From Octopus vulgaris (taxonomy: Eukaryota), in assembly GCA_951406725.2 (NCBI GenBank), contig OX597819.1, positions 94,612,001 to 94,676,000 of the forward strand: 64,000 nt of DNA. Direction: 5' to 3'. The position numbers were made by a program, and so were the translations under genes. Under the pieces are notes generated by a model, which made no database searches, was not told where the DNA came from, and was given only the letters and a program-made list of their open reading frames with translations. Of the stretch, positions 22,106 to 36,500 are shown one piece after another. Positions within the stretch are counted from its first letter, which is position 1; every line of letters starts with the position of its first letter.

Positions 22106-24844
22106 TTACAAACCAGAGCCAGTATAAAAATTTAGCTCACTGCATAAATTATGATGCATTGTCTGTATGACAATAAGTCTGTTCGGACTTAAATGAAATG
22201 TAAGGAAATTAAAAAGGTTTGCAACTGAATAGTCAGTTTGATGGTGAAATAGGGGATTAATTTATAAAGGCAAGCCATAAAGTTAACAAAAGCATATGAA
22301 ATAGTAATTTATAAATTATAAACTTAAAAAAATAAAATAATTTAGAATGTTATGTATGTTTTAGATTTCTCCTATGAATATAAAGCTAGATAACATTTCA
22401 GTCAATCATATAGACCAATTGGTATTGATAAAGTTTCACTGTAGGTTAGTCTTTATTGAGCAAACCTGTAATCAATGACATTCTAGCCTTGACCATTCTA
22501 TCTTTTTTTATAGCCAGGGTAACATTATCCAGTCTCTATGACTAACCACATAGAAACCTCCTCTATTAGCTCAATTAATCAATGAAACCTTTCGTGGTAA
22601 TAAAAAACTCAATGTCAAATACAGACTCATATTTGAATCCTTATCTCACTTATGTAACTAATCCTTAGTTTATTCATCTCAAGATATTGATAGATTGTGA
22701 CTATCTTTTTATCTGAATTTCTGAGATAATGAATTATAATTATTATACACTAACATATTCAGACCTAATGTTCTCTCCTTAGTTGTTGTAGTCTGTTTTG
22801 ACTATCATATTCTCTGGCCTTCTTCAAGTGCCTGTCTTATTCAGTAACATTCTCAGAATTTTGAACTAAACTCTTTATTAAATCCACAGATTGTTTTTAT
22901 TCTATTGTTCATATCAGTTATTCTCCTACTTGCAATGTTGCTTGCTCGCTCTGACATAGAATTACATATAGAAAGACTGACCTAGGAAGTTGAGCATATG
23001 CCTACAAGGTAATCAACACTTATATGCAATATCTCAATGGGACAGAGAATATCCCAGATATAGACAATGGAATGAGAGAAATCTACCCACAAATATCTAA
23101 TTCAGTTTGAAATTCTGAAAACATTGCTAAATATGATAGGCATCTTAAGAAGATTGGATGGTACAATAACTGAAGCATGACAATAATAACCAAGATGAAA
23201 ATGCTAGTTTGATTATATCAGAATACAATGATGGTGACTATCGTGTTAAATTGTTAAATTATGCAGCTGTCCTACATTTTTAATTGATTATTTCAGTTAT
23301 AACTACTGACAGTATCTTGACTCGAATGAATTATGATGCTGCTTTAATTTTATGAGTAGATAGATATATTAATATGTCATGAATTGGCAAATTAATGAAA
23401 ATGAACAATGTTAGTCTAATAGTCATTAAAAATAGTATATTTATTGGCTCTAGTTAGAATGACATTGATTTTTTTTTTTCATTCTTGTAACATTGGCAAT
23501 TTGTTCCAATAGAGACATTCTCACAACACTTTTTTTTCTTTCATCTCAAACATGGAATTAATAACAACAAATAGGAATGGATTGAAATAAATAACAAAGA
23601 ATTCTTAACAATAAATAAGACTGAAGTGAAAAAAATATATGAAATGTTGAAAAAAAAAATTTTTTTTTCAAAGTATCCCAGGCAAGTTTATGTAAAATCT
23701 CTAGAGAAATATTAGACATGCAATGCATATATGATAGTTTTGTGTGTGTGCGCATGCATGTATGTGTGTGTGTGTGCGAGAGAGAGAGAGAGAGAGAGAG
23801 AGACAGCCTGTTCAGGATGTACATATACACTGTTCAGGATGTATGTATACATTGCTTTCTGAAAGTAGTTTAAAAAAACAATATCTTATTGATTGTGAGG
23901 ACTGGATTTCTGGCATTATATTCCAAGATTTTCATGAAATTTTCTACCACTAATTTAAGCCAAAACACTAATGTAATAATTTTAGATAAAAATTATACCA
24001 ACATTTTTTATGAAGTTTGAAATTATATTTCAAAGCAAAGATTTCAGCTGTAGTCATTTAACTTTTTATTTTGTTCCCTATTCTTTTAGCTATTTCTTTT
24101 GCAAAGAAGAAACAAGCGGCCAGTTTAATAAAACAACGGTTTCATATAGATAAGTTCTAAAATGCAATGATAATAACAATGATAATAAATCCTTATTAAA
24201 GAAACAATGACAATGCATTAACCCTGTAGCTTTTAAACCACCAATATCTGGCCCAAATAATCTGTTTTATCTTCAAACTGAACATGTCCAGTTTCTTAAT
24301 CTACCCTACTTTCATCATCATCATCATCATCATCATTTAGCGTCCATTGTAAAATTAAACAATCACATCATTGAAATCTCAAAGCTATGAGAAAATGCAT
24401 GATTAATTCAAAACAATGTGAATAAACAAGCATTAAATTCAATAGAGAAAGCTGAATGCTAAAGAGTTAAAAGACCAACAAGACAACTAAAGGGTAGAGA
24501 AAGAAATAATAAAAGGATCACAACAGCCATAGCAAGGTATTATTTAAGGCAATCATAAAGACTGTTGTTAAAGTATAAAGGAAGAGGAGGGATGGTTATA
24601 GTGTAGACTTTAACAGTTTTGTTATTACTTATTATGTCCTACAGATGCTGTCAGTAGCCATGTTGTTTATATTTTCACATATAACAATTCTAATGAATTA
24701 AATCCTCTCACCAAGGAATTAAAATGCAAAGAATCACACAAAGAGAGAACTGAGAGAAAAGAATTTGTTGCTAATTGTTCTAGACTCTCCTTTACATTTA
24801 AAAAAATTTAGACCTTTAAAATGATAAGCTTACAATATAAGTGC

Positions 24845-25180
24845 ATGTACAGCCATGTGGTTGAGAAACACACTTTGCAATCATGGTTTCTGGTTCAGTC
24901 TCACTATGTGGAAACTTGGGCAAATGTCTTCTACTGTAGCCCTGGGTTGTCCAATGCCTTGTGAAGGAATTTGGTAGGTGGAAACTGTGTAGAAACCTGT
25001 GGCATATATATATGAATGATATGTGTGTGTTTGTTTATGTCCCAGTAACTTTACAGTTTGGCAAAAGAGTGTGACAAAAATAAGTACTGCAGTCAATTTG
25101 TTCAACTAAACCTTTCAAGGTAGTGCCCCTTCATGGTCACAGTCCAATGACTGAAACAAGTAAAAGATAAAAGATATTTT
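24845..25180 (+). mobile_element. tRNA-derived SINE, second family (CTTGGGCAA.TGTCTTCTACT core)
   Basis: Homologous to 57596-58110 and 56690-57522. Confidence 0.75.
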
Positions 25181-26349
25181 ACATTAACTTCTTTCAAATA
25201 AATCAATTTAGTGAATGAGCTCCATTGCACCCACTTGATATACTCCTCCCACAACACACTACCGTTTTTAAGATATGGTTTCTATTCATACTAAAGTGTT
25301 AATGAAATGGCCACAGCTAGAACACTGAAGTCCAAACCAATTTTACATGCTACATATATCTACATGTGTAGGGTACTGAACCTCTCACTATTCATAAGTG
25401 TGTGATTGACTACCACAGATCTACTTATGTAGATCAAGCCAGAGCTATTAAACAAGAACATTGAATAAACACTGCAATAAAATCTCAGCTGCCATCTGAT
25501 ATTAAAGAAAACAAATACCAAAGAATTCATCAATATTTATAGAATTATTCAAGTAAAATTACTTGACCACATCTATAGTGTATATGATGAGGAAATTTAC
25601 TATAAAATCTATTGCGAATATAATTTACAAAAGATTACAAAAATTGCCAACAATTTTAGCCTTGAATACATTACACCCAATATTAGACAGTTATTTAAGA
25701 AATGTGTAAATTCTTAAATAATGATTTCTTTGACTTGGCAAAAAACTGATTATTTTCGAAGAAGGAGAGAGATATACTTGGTTTTATACAAGGAAGGAAA
25801 TAGATATATTTGGTTGCAACCATGAAAGGATAAAGGGCAAAATTAATCTCAGCTGAATTTAAATGCAGAACCCACTGTGACAGAAATAAATATTGTAAAG
25901 CATATAGTGAAGTGTTTCATCATTTCTACCAGCATTGGGAGGACAGCTCTGCTTTATTTGACTACACTACATCTTTTCTTAAACTGATAATTAATAACTT
26001 ACATTTGAGCAATTATAAATTTAAATATTCTAACAAATCAAATGAGATATAATAGGTTATGAAAACACTGCAAATCAGTATGTAGCTCAAGAATAGATGC
26101 CTCTGTAAGAGGGTGCATATCTCTGACAAACTTTTGCTAGTCATAATTCCCTCAGGAATTATTTGAAAAATACTAATAAACCTAGACACTTACGAGAAAC
26201 AAACCAGATAGATGAACTCTAACAAAATCATAAGGAAAAAAATTATTAAAAAAATACATACTGAATCAATTCATGCTGCTTTAAAATTTGATATCTTGCC
26301 AAAAGAGAAGAGTGCTGCCCATTTTCCTTTAACTAAGTCATTACTTATC

Positions 26350-27700
26350 ATTGATTTATTTCAAACTTGGATCTGATTCTTTTCAGTAGCATAAAGTTGT
26401 AAATATTAGCTGCAATGCCGAGTGTAATGTCATGGTAGTTCTTCATAAAACCTAAGTCTCTTTTCTGAGCACTGGTATGATACAACCTTCTCTACAGCTA
26501 ACTATTGCTCTTTGATGGTATACAGCATTGCAGGCCTCCAAGAGCACATTGTTGAATTTTACCAGTTTCCACACCTCTACAGACATTCCATCCGGACTGC
26601 ATGCTTTACCATACTGGATTGATTTAAGGGTACCTTGCAGTTCATCGATGGTGAAAGAACCCTTCTTTATGTTGAGTTCTTCAGGAAAGACAAGATCAAT
26701 ATTGCCCTCATTGAAGATGTGAAAGAAAACATACCCTCTGTTCTACTTATCATTGATTTCACAAAAACCTATCGTTCAATTCGTAGAGGGAAATGAGAGA
26801 TATTGCTACCTTATGGCATTCTTAAAGTAATTGCGAATGTTATATCAGAACATCAAAGCTAAAGTTCATTCAGCAGATGGAGACAGTCGCATTATTCCTT
26901 TTCATCATATGCCTTAACTATGTACTAAGGAAAATACTGGACTCAAACAAATTACCTGGGTTTGACTCTTTTATAGAGAAAAATAGATATCCTACCAAGA
27001 AAATTGTGGATAAAGATCGAGTGGCATTCTGGTAATAATCAGTGATCAATGTCCTCTTATATGATCTGGAGAAAAATACCAGTGAAAGTGGACTATTTAT
27101 TAGTGCTGCAAAAACAGCATATAGATCTTACAATCAAGATAAAACAGAAAGCTTGCACTCTCTGAATAGAGAAGAAATTAAAAAAGGTAGAGAATTACAA
27201 ATACCTTAGCAGTGATATTTCCAAATCCAAGTGTAATATGAAAATCAGTAAAGCACGAGGAGTGCTTAACATTTTTTTTGGATAAGATATAGAAATTTGA
27301 TCTTCAGCAAAGAACTAAAATAGACTTCCTCAGAGTTGCAGTTGAATCTATTTTAACTTATGGTTCAAATAACATGGATACTTACAGCCCCTATGAAGAA
27401 AACTCTAAATGACATGTACATTAGAATGCTCCACATGACTGACAAAGAGCTATACCAAGACAATATATCTCAGGGACAATACAAAAATAAAGGCTGAGAT
27501 CTATTGGTCACTGCTAATGTAACAAGAAGAAGCTAATAGTTGAAGTTTTGTGACAATCTTCTCATGGTAAACAGGGAAGACATAGACTATCAAAAATCTA
27601 CATCAACCAATTACTAGAAGACACAGGATGCACAAACCAAGAGTTTAAAAATGCCATGGATGACAGAAAGGGATGGATAATATGTCAGGAATGCTGAGAA
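26350..27700 (+). mobile_element. Decayed RTE-like LINE with an inverted 5' segment
   Basis: 26350-26705 reads on the minus strand KACSPDG...GCIIP..DLG..NYHDITL..AANIYN. From about 26710 the plus strand reads IEDVKENIPSVLLIIDFTKTY...KYL...AMDDRKGW. Confidence 0.75.
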
Positions 27701-28199
27701 ATTCTTGATTTACTAAGTAACTATATTAAACTATATTCCTACTGAGACTGACTTTACTATTCAACTTCCTGAAAGTAGGAAGGGGCAATAAAATAAGTAC
27801 CAACCAAGTACTAGGGTCAATTATAATCCATCGATAATATTCATCCCCAGAATTTCAGGCTGAGTGTCAATGTTAGAAATCATTATCATATAATTAGTTG
27901 TTGTTGCTTAGCTTTTGGACAATCCTAATCAAGTAGACCTATGACCATAGGGCATCCCAGACATCACCATCCAGTCTTCTTTATTTTTTAAGTTGATAGG
28001 ATGTGATTTGAGGGAAAGCGAGCTTCTTTTTTATAGAAGAACAAGTAACCAAGTAGAGGCTCTCTTATTTGGTGCCAATTAGATTGTAATTGAATGTTTC
28101 CACTGAAAAGGAGTCTGAGTATGGTGCCAATAATGTTAATCACATTAAAAAAAGGAGAGAACATAAGGATCACAACTACTCAGTTTCCTTTTTTTCACT

Positions 28200-31016
28200 T
28201 TTAGTTCTAAGAGCTTTTCATTAAATTTACAAAAAAAATATCATTAATAAAATCCAATTTTATTGGTCTTTAACGAGATTAATTACTAAAAGAGAAAAAC
28301 CAAAATGAGAAACAACTGTTCCTGACTGATTATTAAATCAATAGTTGTTTATTTTTTAAGTCCGGCCGTGTTAATCTGTTGAAAATTGATAAAAGCTTCA
28401 ACCTGTCAAATGTATAGTGACAGCTGCTCCATTTTGTAACCATTGCAAAATTAAGCAGGTTTTACACACACACACAAACAGAGTTTACAACTGACACCAA
28501 TCTACATGGAAACAATTGAGGACAGGGACATGTAGTCCTACACTACAAATAAGTACTACATTTTTGATGACTAAGTTCAACGAAATCTAAAATTGCTCAT
28601 GAATCTTGTCTTGGTATAAAATATTTCTGAAAAGTCAGAAAATATATTTCCGGCTTTAAGATGCAAACTATTTCTTCTATTTAGAGAAAAAAACAAAAAA
28701 ACAGAAAAAAAACGTGTATGTCTGTGTACATGAACAAAACTTGGAATAAAATGAATTTCTGTTATTACTCAGCTTTCATTAACAATAATTTCTTCTGAGT
28801 CCTCTGATTATTTTACAAAAAAAAAAAAAAAAATGCAGTTGAATCTCCCAACTCTACCCTGTTTTAAGCTTTTGTTATTTGCTTGAGGTCAGCTTGATTT
28901 ATGGAATGTATGCAAATATACACACAAACATCTGTGCCTGTGTCAAAAGACAGAGAAAAGAATATTGTAACAATTTATACTGCTTTAGTTAAAGAATCTT
29001 TGTCTCATTGTTCTATCCAAAAATAAAATCAAGCTAAAACAAAGTGCAGGGAAATCTGAAATACAATATATATTTTACAATATATGTTTGATATTGTCAT
29101 CATTATTTTTTTAAAGAAAGAGAAAAAAACAAAACAACAAAATCTATGATTAAGATTTAAAATTCTTCATTTTCATAAAATCTTCATTATTAAATATGGT
29201 ACATCACCCATGACAATTATATACAAAAATATAGAGAAACGATGAAGATTTTTTTCAAAATAACACCCACTCACATTCGCTATGCTAAAGTACTTGATTA
29301 CATGTGCAAATTTAGATGCACAACATCAAGATATTTCTCTAGCTCAAAGTTTTATCCAGTGGAAAAGGAAAACAAACACTAATCTTACACTAATTCCTTC
29401 AGTTTTGGGGGAAGGCTGCTATTCAGGATATTCAATAAGTTTCTTTTAAAAAAAAAACAACAAAAAAACATCACTGTAATCAATCTGAATTCACCAGGTT
29501 GGTGTATTCAAAGTCTTAAGTAGATCAGTAATTAGTTGACTGTAAAAAAACAAAATCAGAAAAGAAACTTCTGACATTTACTCTACAATAATGATTATAT
29601 ATATATATATATATATATATATCCAGTAACTGCCAGCTGTTGTTATCACATTGCTCTTACCAGTATAGAGTAGTACAGTTCACCAATCTAAAGTTGTGTT
29701 GTTTACTAAATGGTAGTTAATATTTTCTAAACCAGCAAAACAGTTTACTTGTTGTGTAACAATACTGCTTATACCAATAAGTGGTAGAGTTTATCAGTTG
29801 TTATCTAACCAGAATACAATGCCACTAAGGAGTGGTAACATTTACTAGCTGCTATTTAATACACTTTCACAATACTAGAAAAATTAAAAACAAGTTTAAA
29901 AAAAAAATGTGTCTGGAAATGTCAAAAGTTTTTGCTAATTCTTCATGTGTACACTTCACCTTATACACAAGTAAACAACACTCTCACTTCACACACAAGT
30001 ACATAACAACATTCTTGCTTCATGCACAGAACCACAGCCTTTCTCTATAATAAAATTTCTCAAATATAAAAAGAACAAAAAAATTCTAATTCACAAAAAT
30101 GTAAGCATGAAGTTGGTGATTCAGTAAATTGTTCATCCAGCCAGTATTTCACCTTTACAGTTTTTTTTAGGTGACACATATGTATAATAAATAAACTGTT
30201 GGTCCCCCAAACCAGCATGTTGGTGCACCATTTTTATCTTTTTTTTTTTTAGTAGAATAACAAAAGAGTATCTGTGTATTCAAGCAGTTGCTTTTTAAAT
30301 TCATTTTCAAAATCTTCAGATTTTTCTACATTTTATGCAAGAAGTTTAGCACATATATTTTAGCTGATAAAATGTTAGCATTTTTGTAGAAAATTTCGCA
30401 TTTGAAATGTAACAATACTATACTATAAATTAATAAATAAATTATCTTATATTTGAGAAATATTGGATTAAATAGATTGAAGTTTAAATAATATAAAAGG
30501 CAATAATTTTTGAGATGATATAGAAAGCCAGAAGTATATATTATATACACTTGTTTCAATAATCATGCCTTTTTGCTGTGCTTACAATGTGAAGCCTGGT
30601 GGAATCAAACTGTTGTGGATATTCCCTTCACATTTATTTAAAAATATTTTTCGCTGTTGCTTTGTCAGATGTGCATGCACATATATACAGTTAAAGTGTT
30701 ATTTCAACTGACTTTAATTTTCCATCCCACTGACTGGCAACTGGCTTGTTTTAGTATGACAATGAGATCTGTGTACCCAGTGGGAAGACAATGTTTCTGG
30801 CTAACTCACCGATATTAACCTCAGTTTATGCTGAACATAGCTAATTGCATAAGCAGATATAATAGGATTTAACTATTATTGAAGGAAAGGGTATGAATTA
30901 GAAAGACACACAGCAGTAAATGGTGCCTTGTAATGTAGAGTAAAAGATATATAGTAGAAAATAAATCAGTGTCTGTATGGAGTGAGTTCAGCAATGTGAT
31001 TGTCTGCAGCATTACC
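28200..31016 (-). other. Probable long STX16 3' UTR
   Basis: Stretch after the stop codon with no recognisable transposons, U-rich on the minus strand. AATAAA candidates at 30633-30638, 28348-28353 and 28259-28264. The end is not determined. Confidence 0.45.
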
Positions 31017-31199
31017 TTAATGTTTAACGGCAATCAATATAATGACGAGAATGATAATGATAATTGAAAGAACAGTTATTATTAGCATTTTTCTGCTCTT
31101 CTTTTGATGTGTCTCAGCCTTCTTTAGTTGTACCAAACCTTTTTCCACCTGAACATTGGCCATTTCTACATTGTAGTCAATACGATCTAATATAGTACC
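31017..31199 (-). CDS. STX16: STX16 exon 8 (second half of the SNARE motif and transmembrane anchor)
   Basis: atttcag|[12 protein letters not shown]...[23 protein letters not shown]. Confidence 0.96.
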   Translation of the reverse strand, partial: GTILDRIDYNVEMANVQVEKGLVQLKKAETHQKKSRKMLIITVLSIIIIILVIILIAVKH

Positions 31200-32558
31200 C
31201 TGAAATAAGAAAGAAACAAACATGAATCAGAAATTCAGACATGGCAGTAATGCAAAACAGAAATGACATCTTGTATGATTGTCAGTAATATGAAAAAGAA
31301 ACAAAAAAAAAAAAAAGGTAAACATTGAAACATTATTCAGCAATGGTATACAATTAACGGTTAATGAGCCTTGATAGTTTATAACATCAAGTTCTAATCT
31401 TACCACATTTACACTGCATTAAACAAAGAAATGCAAAGCTTCATTGTTAAGTCACCATTCAAGTTTGACTTGACATTTAGTTATTCCCCACTAGACTATA
31501 GAAATGTTTCATTAGAATTCACTGAAGCTTTGTGTTATGAATTTAATAGGTTTTATAATTTTTTTTTATTCAGACATTTGTTCTGCATTCTTGGAATATT
31601 TCTTTTTAACTTGCCTAACACTGAAGATTGATAGCAAAAGTCATAGAGAGAAGTGAATACCTTACACAAGCACACAAGACAATGCTTTAGAATAAAACAG
31701 AGCCCTTAATAGAATATCTTAAGCAATCAACTATTATTCTGATTTAAATAAATGTCAAGCTATTAAAAAAAAGTGGAATTTAACTGACCTGATCCACTAT
31801 CATAGTGGATAAATCTTTGAAAATTTCATTCAAGTCTTGGATGGATGAGACAATTTTGATGATTTCGGTCTCTCTTTGCTGGATTAAAACACTGTTGTCT
31901 TCAACAAGCTGCTTCTGGGCACTTGTGAAACTCTACAAATATTGACATTATATTAAATGAGAAAGTAATTTAATATAAAAAAAATGAAGTGTTAAGGAGT
32001 TACAAACATTATATAATTTTCAACTTGTTCCAATTTATTTTTCATCCAAATGTTTGAGAATCATTTTAATGACAATATATATCAACCTGTTAATTGTTAA
32101 TGCACTCATTGTTCTGCATTTATTAAGATTGCACTATCTAAGAAAAGAGAACAGAAGTCATTAAGATATTGTTTTTACCAGCTGAATGCTCTACATATCA
32201 CAACCTAGGACCATCAGTGCACTTTCTATTGACATCCATTCCATATTTTTGCTATTATCACCTCTTCCCTCATTCACCATAATTATTATCATTGTTCACC
32301 CTCACTCTTATTTTACCCATCTCTCTCTACACTTGCAATCCTTAACCCTACCTTTCATGTCACATATCATTTATCCTTCCAGTAATTTCCTAACTACTGT
32401 TCCATTCTGCAGCAGTAAGTAATTAAATTAGAATCTTACTACAATCCATATCATATCCACCCTCCTCATGCTTTTCCCAATTGATAGACACTCATCATTT
32501 TTACCATCATTCCCCCATTCATATTTAGCAATGACCACCTCTACCTCAAGTTTATATT

Positions 32559-32595
<37 letters not shown>

Positions 32596-33514
32596 ATACT
32601 GAACCCTGTGGATTCTCTGCTTTTTCATTCACCTTCTTGGACAAGTTATCTTAAGGGTACAGTTTGATAATTCATCACCACTATATTCACTCCTCTTTCT
32701 GGTACTACTCCAGACACCACTCTCACCCATATAAAGTATGAGCTGTCCATGACCCCCATCCTTACAACAAATCTGTCCTTTCTCTTCCCACCATAATTTA
32801 TCCTCTCAACATCTTGCATAAAGCAACCATTCTAGCTCCTAGTCTTCCTTCCAAATAACGGGACTCTTTAGTCTTGTGAATTTTGATTTTATTAGGTGTG
32901 AATTCAATACTAATGTACAGTAAATATAATATATATATATAAAATATTTTTGTTGCTTAGAATGATTTTAAATTAATTAAATAACACTATATCTAATAAG
33001 TAATCTGATCTAAACAGGTCTAAGCTACATTTCTTGCTTTTCCAGGTGAGAGTTGGTGACAGGAACTGCATATGGCCATAGAAAATCTGCTTTAACAAAT
33101 TCCATCTGACCCATATGAGAATGTAAAAGTGGATGTAAAGCAATGATGATGATGCATTACTATCTGTTAAGCTGTCAATCAGAATAGACCATTTATATTT
33201 GCATTACCTATAAATGAAGATGTCAACAGACCACTTTTATGAATCTCAAAACAAGTGAAAATATACTTAAAGGTAAAAAAAAAATTATGACTCATCAAAA
33301 TAAGTATAACTGAAATATATGAGGGTTTCTTACCTTATCATAAATCTCTTCCTCTAGTAACAGATCATCATTAAAAAGGCCAGAATCAGCATTGATATTG
33401 GCATCAAAGTATTGCTGAGATCGGTCCTCTCTCATCTTTAGCCCTGTCATTTGTGAAAATATGATAATTACAAGTGTAACATAGTTACAGCAAAATATTC
33501 AACAGGTATATATA

Positions 33515-33569
<55 letters not shown>

Positions 33570-36500
33570 ATGTATATATGTATGTGTGACTGTTTTTGAG
33601 TACTCTTATCTTGATACCATATGATAATTGTAAACAAGCATCACAGCAATACAAAAATTGTCTGGTTATGGGAAAATACTAAATTGCTTGGAGACAAGTG
33701 AGGGCCCGCAATAGAAAAGGAATCTAACTGTGGAAAAACCTGCCTTAGCGAGTTCCTTGCAAGCACGGAAAAATGGACATTAAACGATGAAAATGATATA
33801 TAACTGCGCAGAATCCATCACATACCTGCAATTCAAAGGTCCAGTCATGTCACCTGACTGACCCTGATTTTACTTGAGAATTAAATTAAGGGTACACATG
33901 TCTGTGGAATACTCAGCCACTTTTCATGTTAATTCCATGAGAAGGTCATTCAGTTGATTGAACAATTGGCTATTTACGTGTTAATTCGGAACAGAAGAGT
34001 GCATAAAACAGATGCATACACACACACACACACACACATTCTATTTTTGGCATAGTTTTTTTGGCTGGAAGCCCTTCCCATTATTATCAACTATTTTACA
34101 GATATTTTCTGCTCCATCAGCACTAAAGGAACTGGCTTGTTTCTAGCAAGCTTAGGGAGTGTTCTCTAGCCTATAATATCTCTGTTCATATAGAAACGTT
34201 GTAGGTTAGAGGCATCAGATGCAGCTATCTCTGGTGCCTCATACACATGAGACACAGAGCAGTTGTCTCAATCTTGACAAGACAATAGTCCTCTCTTCCT
34301 TGTGTTAATTTGTCCCAGTCTTTTCCCGAAGTGGATGTATGGGAAGGACAGTTTCTATCACTTGTATCACTATATGCTGTTATCTCATGGTGTAGTGGAG
34401 AAAAAGAAAGAGTGACAGGAAAAAATCCCCAGAGTGATAGGAGTGAGAGAGTGATAGAAGAGAGAGTAAAAGAATTGGGCCTGAATAAAAGGAGAAAGAA
34501 GAAATGGTAATGCAGGAAAGAGAATGTATGTTAAGAGAGGCAGAGTGAAAAGAGCAGGAGGGAGACAGAGGGAAAGTAATGAAGAGAGTGTAAGATAGGA
34601 GAGAGATAGGATGAAAAGAACAGAGATAGCAGAGAGGCCAAGAAAGAGCAATAGAAGTGAGGCAGGTTGATAAAAGAGAGAGTAATAGGGGAGAGAGAGA
34701 GGTGTCCCTCTCTCTCATGTAGTTTTTAAAAAAATCAGCAAAAGCCCTCTATTAAGAAATTTTAAAACATGAAAGAAAAATAGTAAGCAATTTCAATACC
34801 ACATAAGAGAACCATCTGAACGTGGCCGTTGCCAGCGCCGCCCCAACTGGCCTCCGTGCCGGTGTCACGTAAAAAGCACCATCCGATCGTGGCCGTTGCC
34901 AGCCTGGCCTGGCCTCCGTGCCGGTGGCACGTAAAAAGCACCATCCGATCATGGCCGTTTGCCAGCCTCGTCTGGCACATAAAAAGCACCCACTACACTC
35001 ACGGAGTGGTTGGCGTTAGGAAGGGCATCCAGCTGTAGAAACACTGCCAGATCAGACTGGGCCTGGTGCAGCCTTCTGGCTTCCCAGACCCCAGTTGAAC
35101 CGTCCAACCCATGCCAGCATGAAAAGCGGACGTTAAACGATGATGATGATTTAATAACTGGAGTAGACACAGACAGACATACTCACATGCATGCTGGCCA
35201 CGCGCTCTCAAAATTGAAAAAATGTAAATAAAGAATAAGAGAAAGAAAACAAACTTACGCTGCAAATATGATGACTGACACCTTTTAAAGTTGGTTGACA
35301 TTTCTTGAATAGTTCTGGCTAAAGAAGAAACAATATTTTTGCACAGTTTAATCTCTTGTGGTGTTCCACTTTTACTGCGCCGGCTAATTTGATGAATCAG
35401 ATTCTGACAATGAGTGAAAATCTGAAAAAAAAAAAAAAAATGTTTAAAAATGTATAGAGCTGATAGAAACACACATTATATTTTAATAAACTGCCTACAG
35501 AATCCTCTTTATTTGATATTTCAGTTGAGGTCTTTCACATGTTCATAATCTTGTTATTTAACTACAGGTTAGCACTGATCAAGCAGTTCTATGATCAAAT
35601 GTTTCAGCCATGACCATCCCATTTTCTTTCCAAACACAGTATCTAGAACTGTATAATTCAAATGGGTCTATTTTTTTCTAATGTGGTAAGTTGTTGTTTG
35701 AAGGAAATTTGGTTGCATTATCTAGCAGGTGAAGTGGCTACTTAGAGGCTCACTCCAAAGAAACTATGATTTAATTTTGAATTAGGTAAGAAGCTAATGT
35801 TTGTCAATGAGATATAATCTTTTGAATCAGTCATAGTATATCCTAGTTCTTATTTCAATGATTTTGAATGAAAACTTGCATTAGAAGTAGAACCCAGAGT
35901 ACAAAACAATAAAATTGAATACTGTAAGGCAATTAGTCAGGTGATTGACTCCTTTTGTTAAATTCCTGTCATTTCATCATTAAATATCAAGAAGAAAAAA
36001 ATGGCTAAATTTTAAGTCCAGTGTAATTACAGTTCACAAACCTCACTATATAATACAAGGGAGCCACTACATGATAGCCCAATGTAATAGAAATAGCAAC
36101 CAAATCTCCTTTGTATCACATCCTACTGTTTAAAACAAGAAACGTATGCATTATGTAATGTAGTGCAGCATGCCTCCCTAAAACAGTGGGATGATCACAA
36201 CTGAAATGCTTTTAATCATAAGTTTGCTTAATTGGGACTAAACAACAACTCCCTTTCCTGAAATAGTTCATCTAATTTTGTCACCAACATCAGTGTGAGT
36301 CTCCCTTGCTATAACTGCTTTGCTTTCTTCATACTTACTAGCTCTCCCATTTTTCATTCCATTTTTAAACTCTGTGTAGAGATTACTTTGGACTCAAACC
36401 AAGAATTTAGAACTGATTCAGTGCTGTCACCACTGCTATCATTATCATTTAGCATCCATCTTCCATGCTGACAAAGGTTGAACAGTTTGACAGGGTCTTG

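Noticed and set aside
17640-26300. A divergent plus-strand gene sharing the PALB2 promoter
   Set aside because: I found no chain of plausible coding exons; the region is repeats and AT-rich DNA. A non-coding transcript cannot be excluded.
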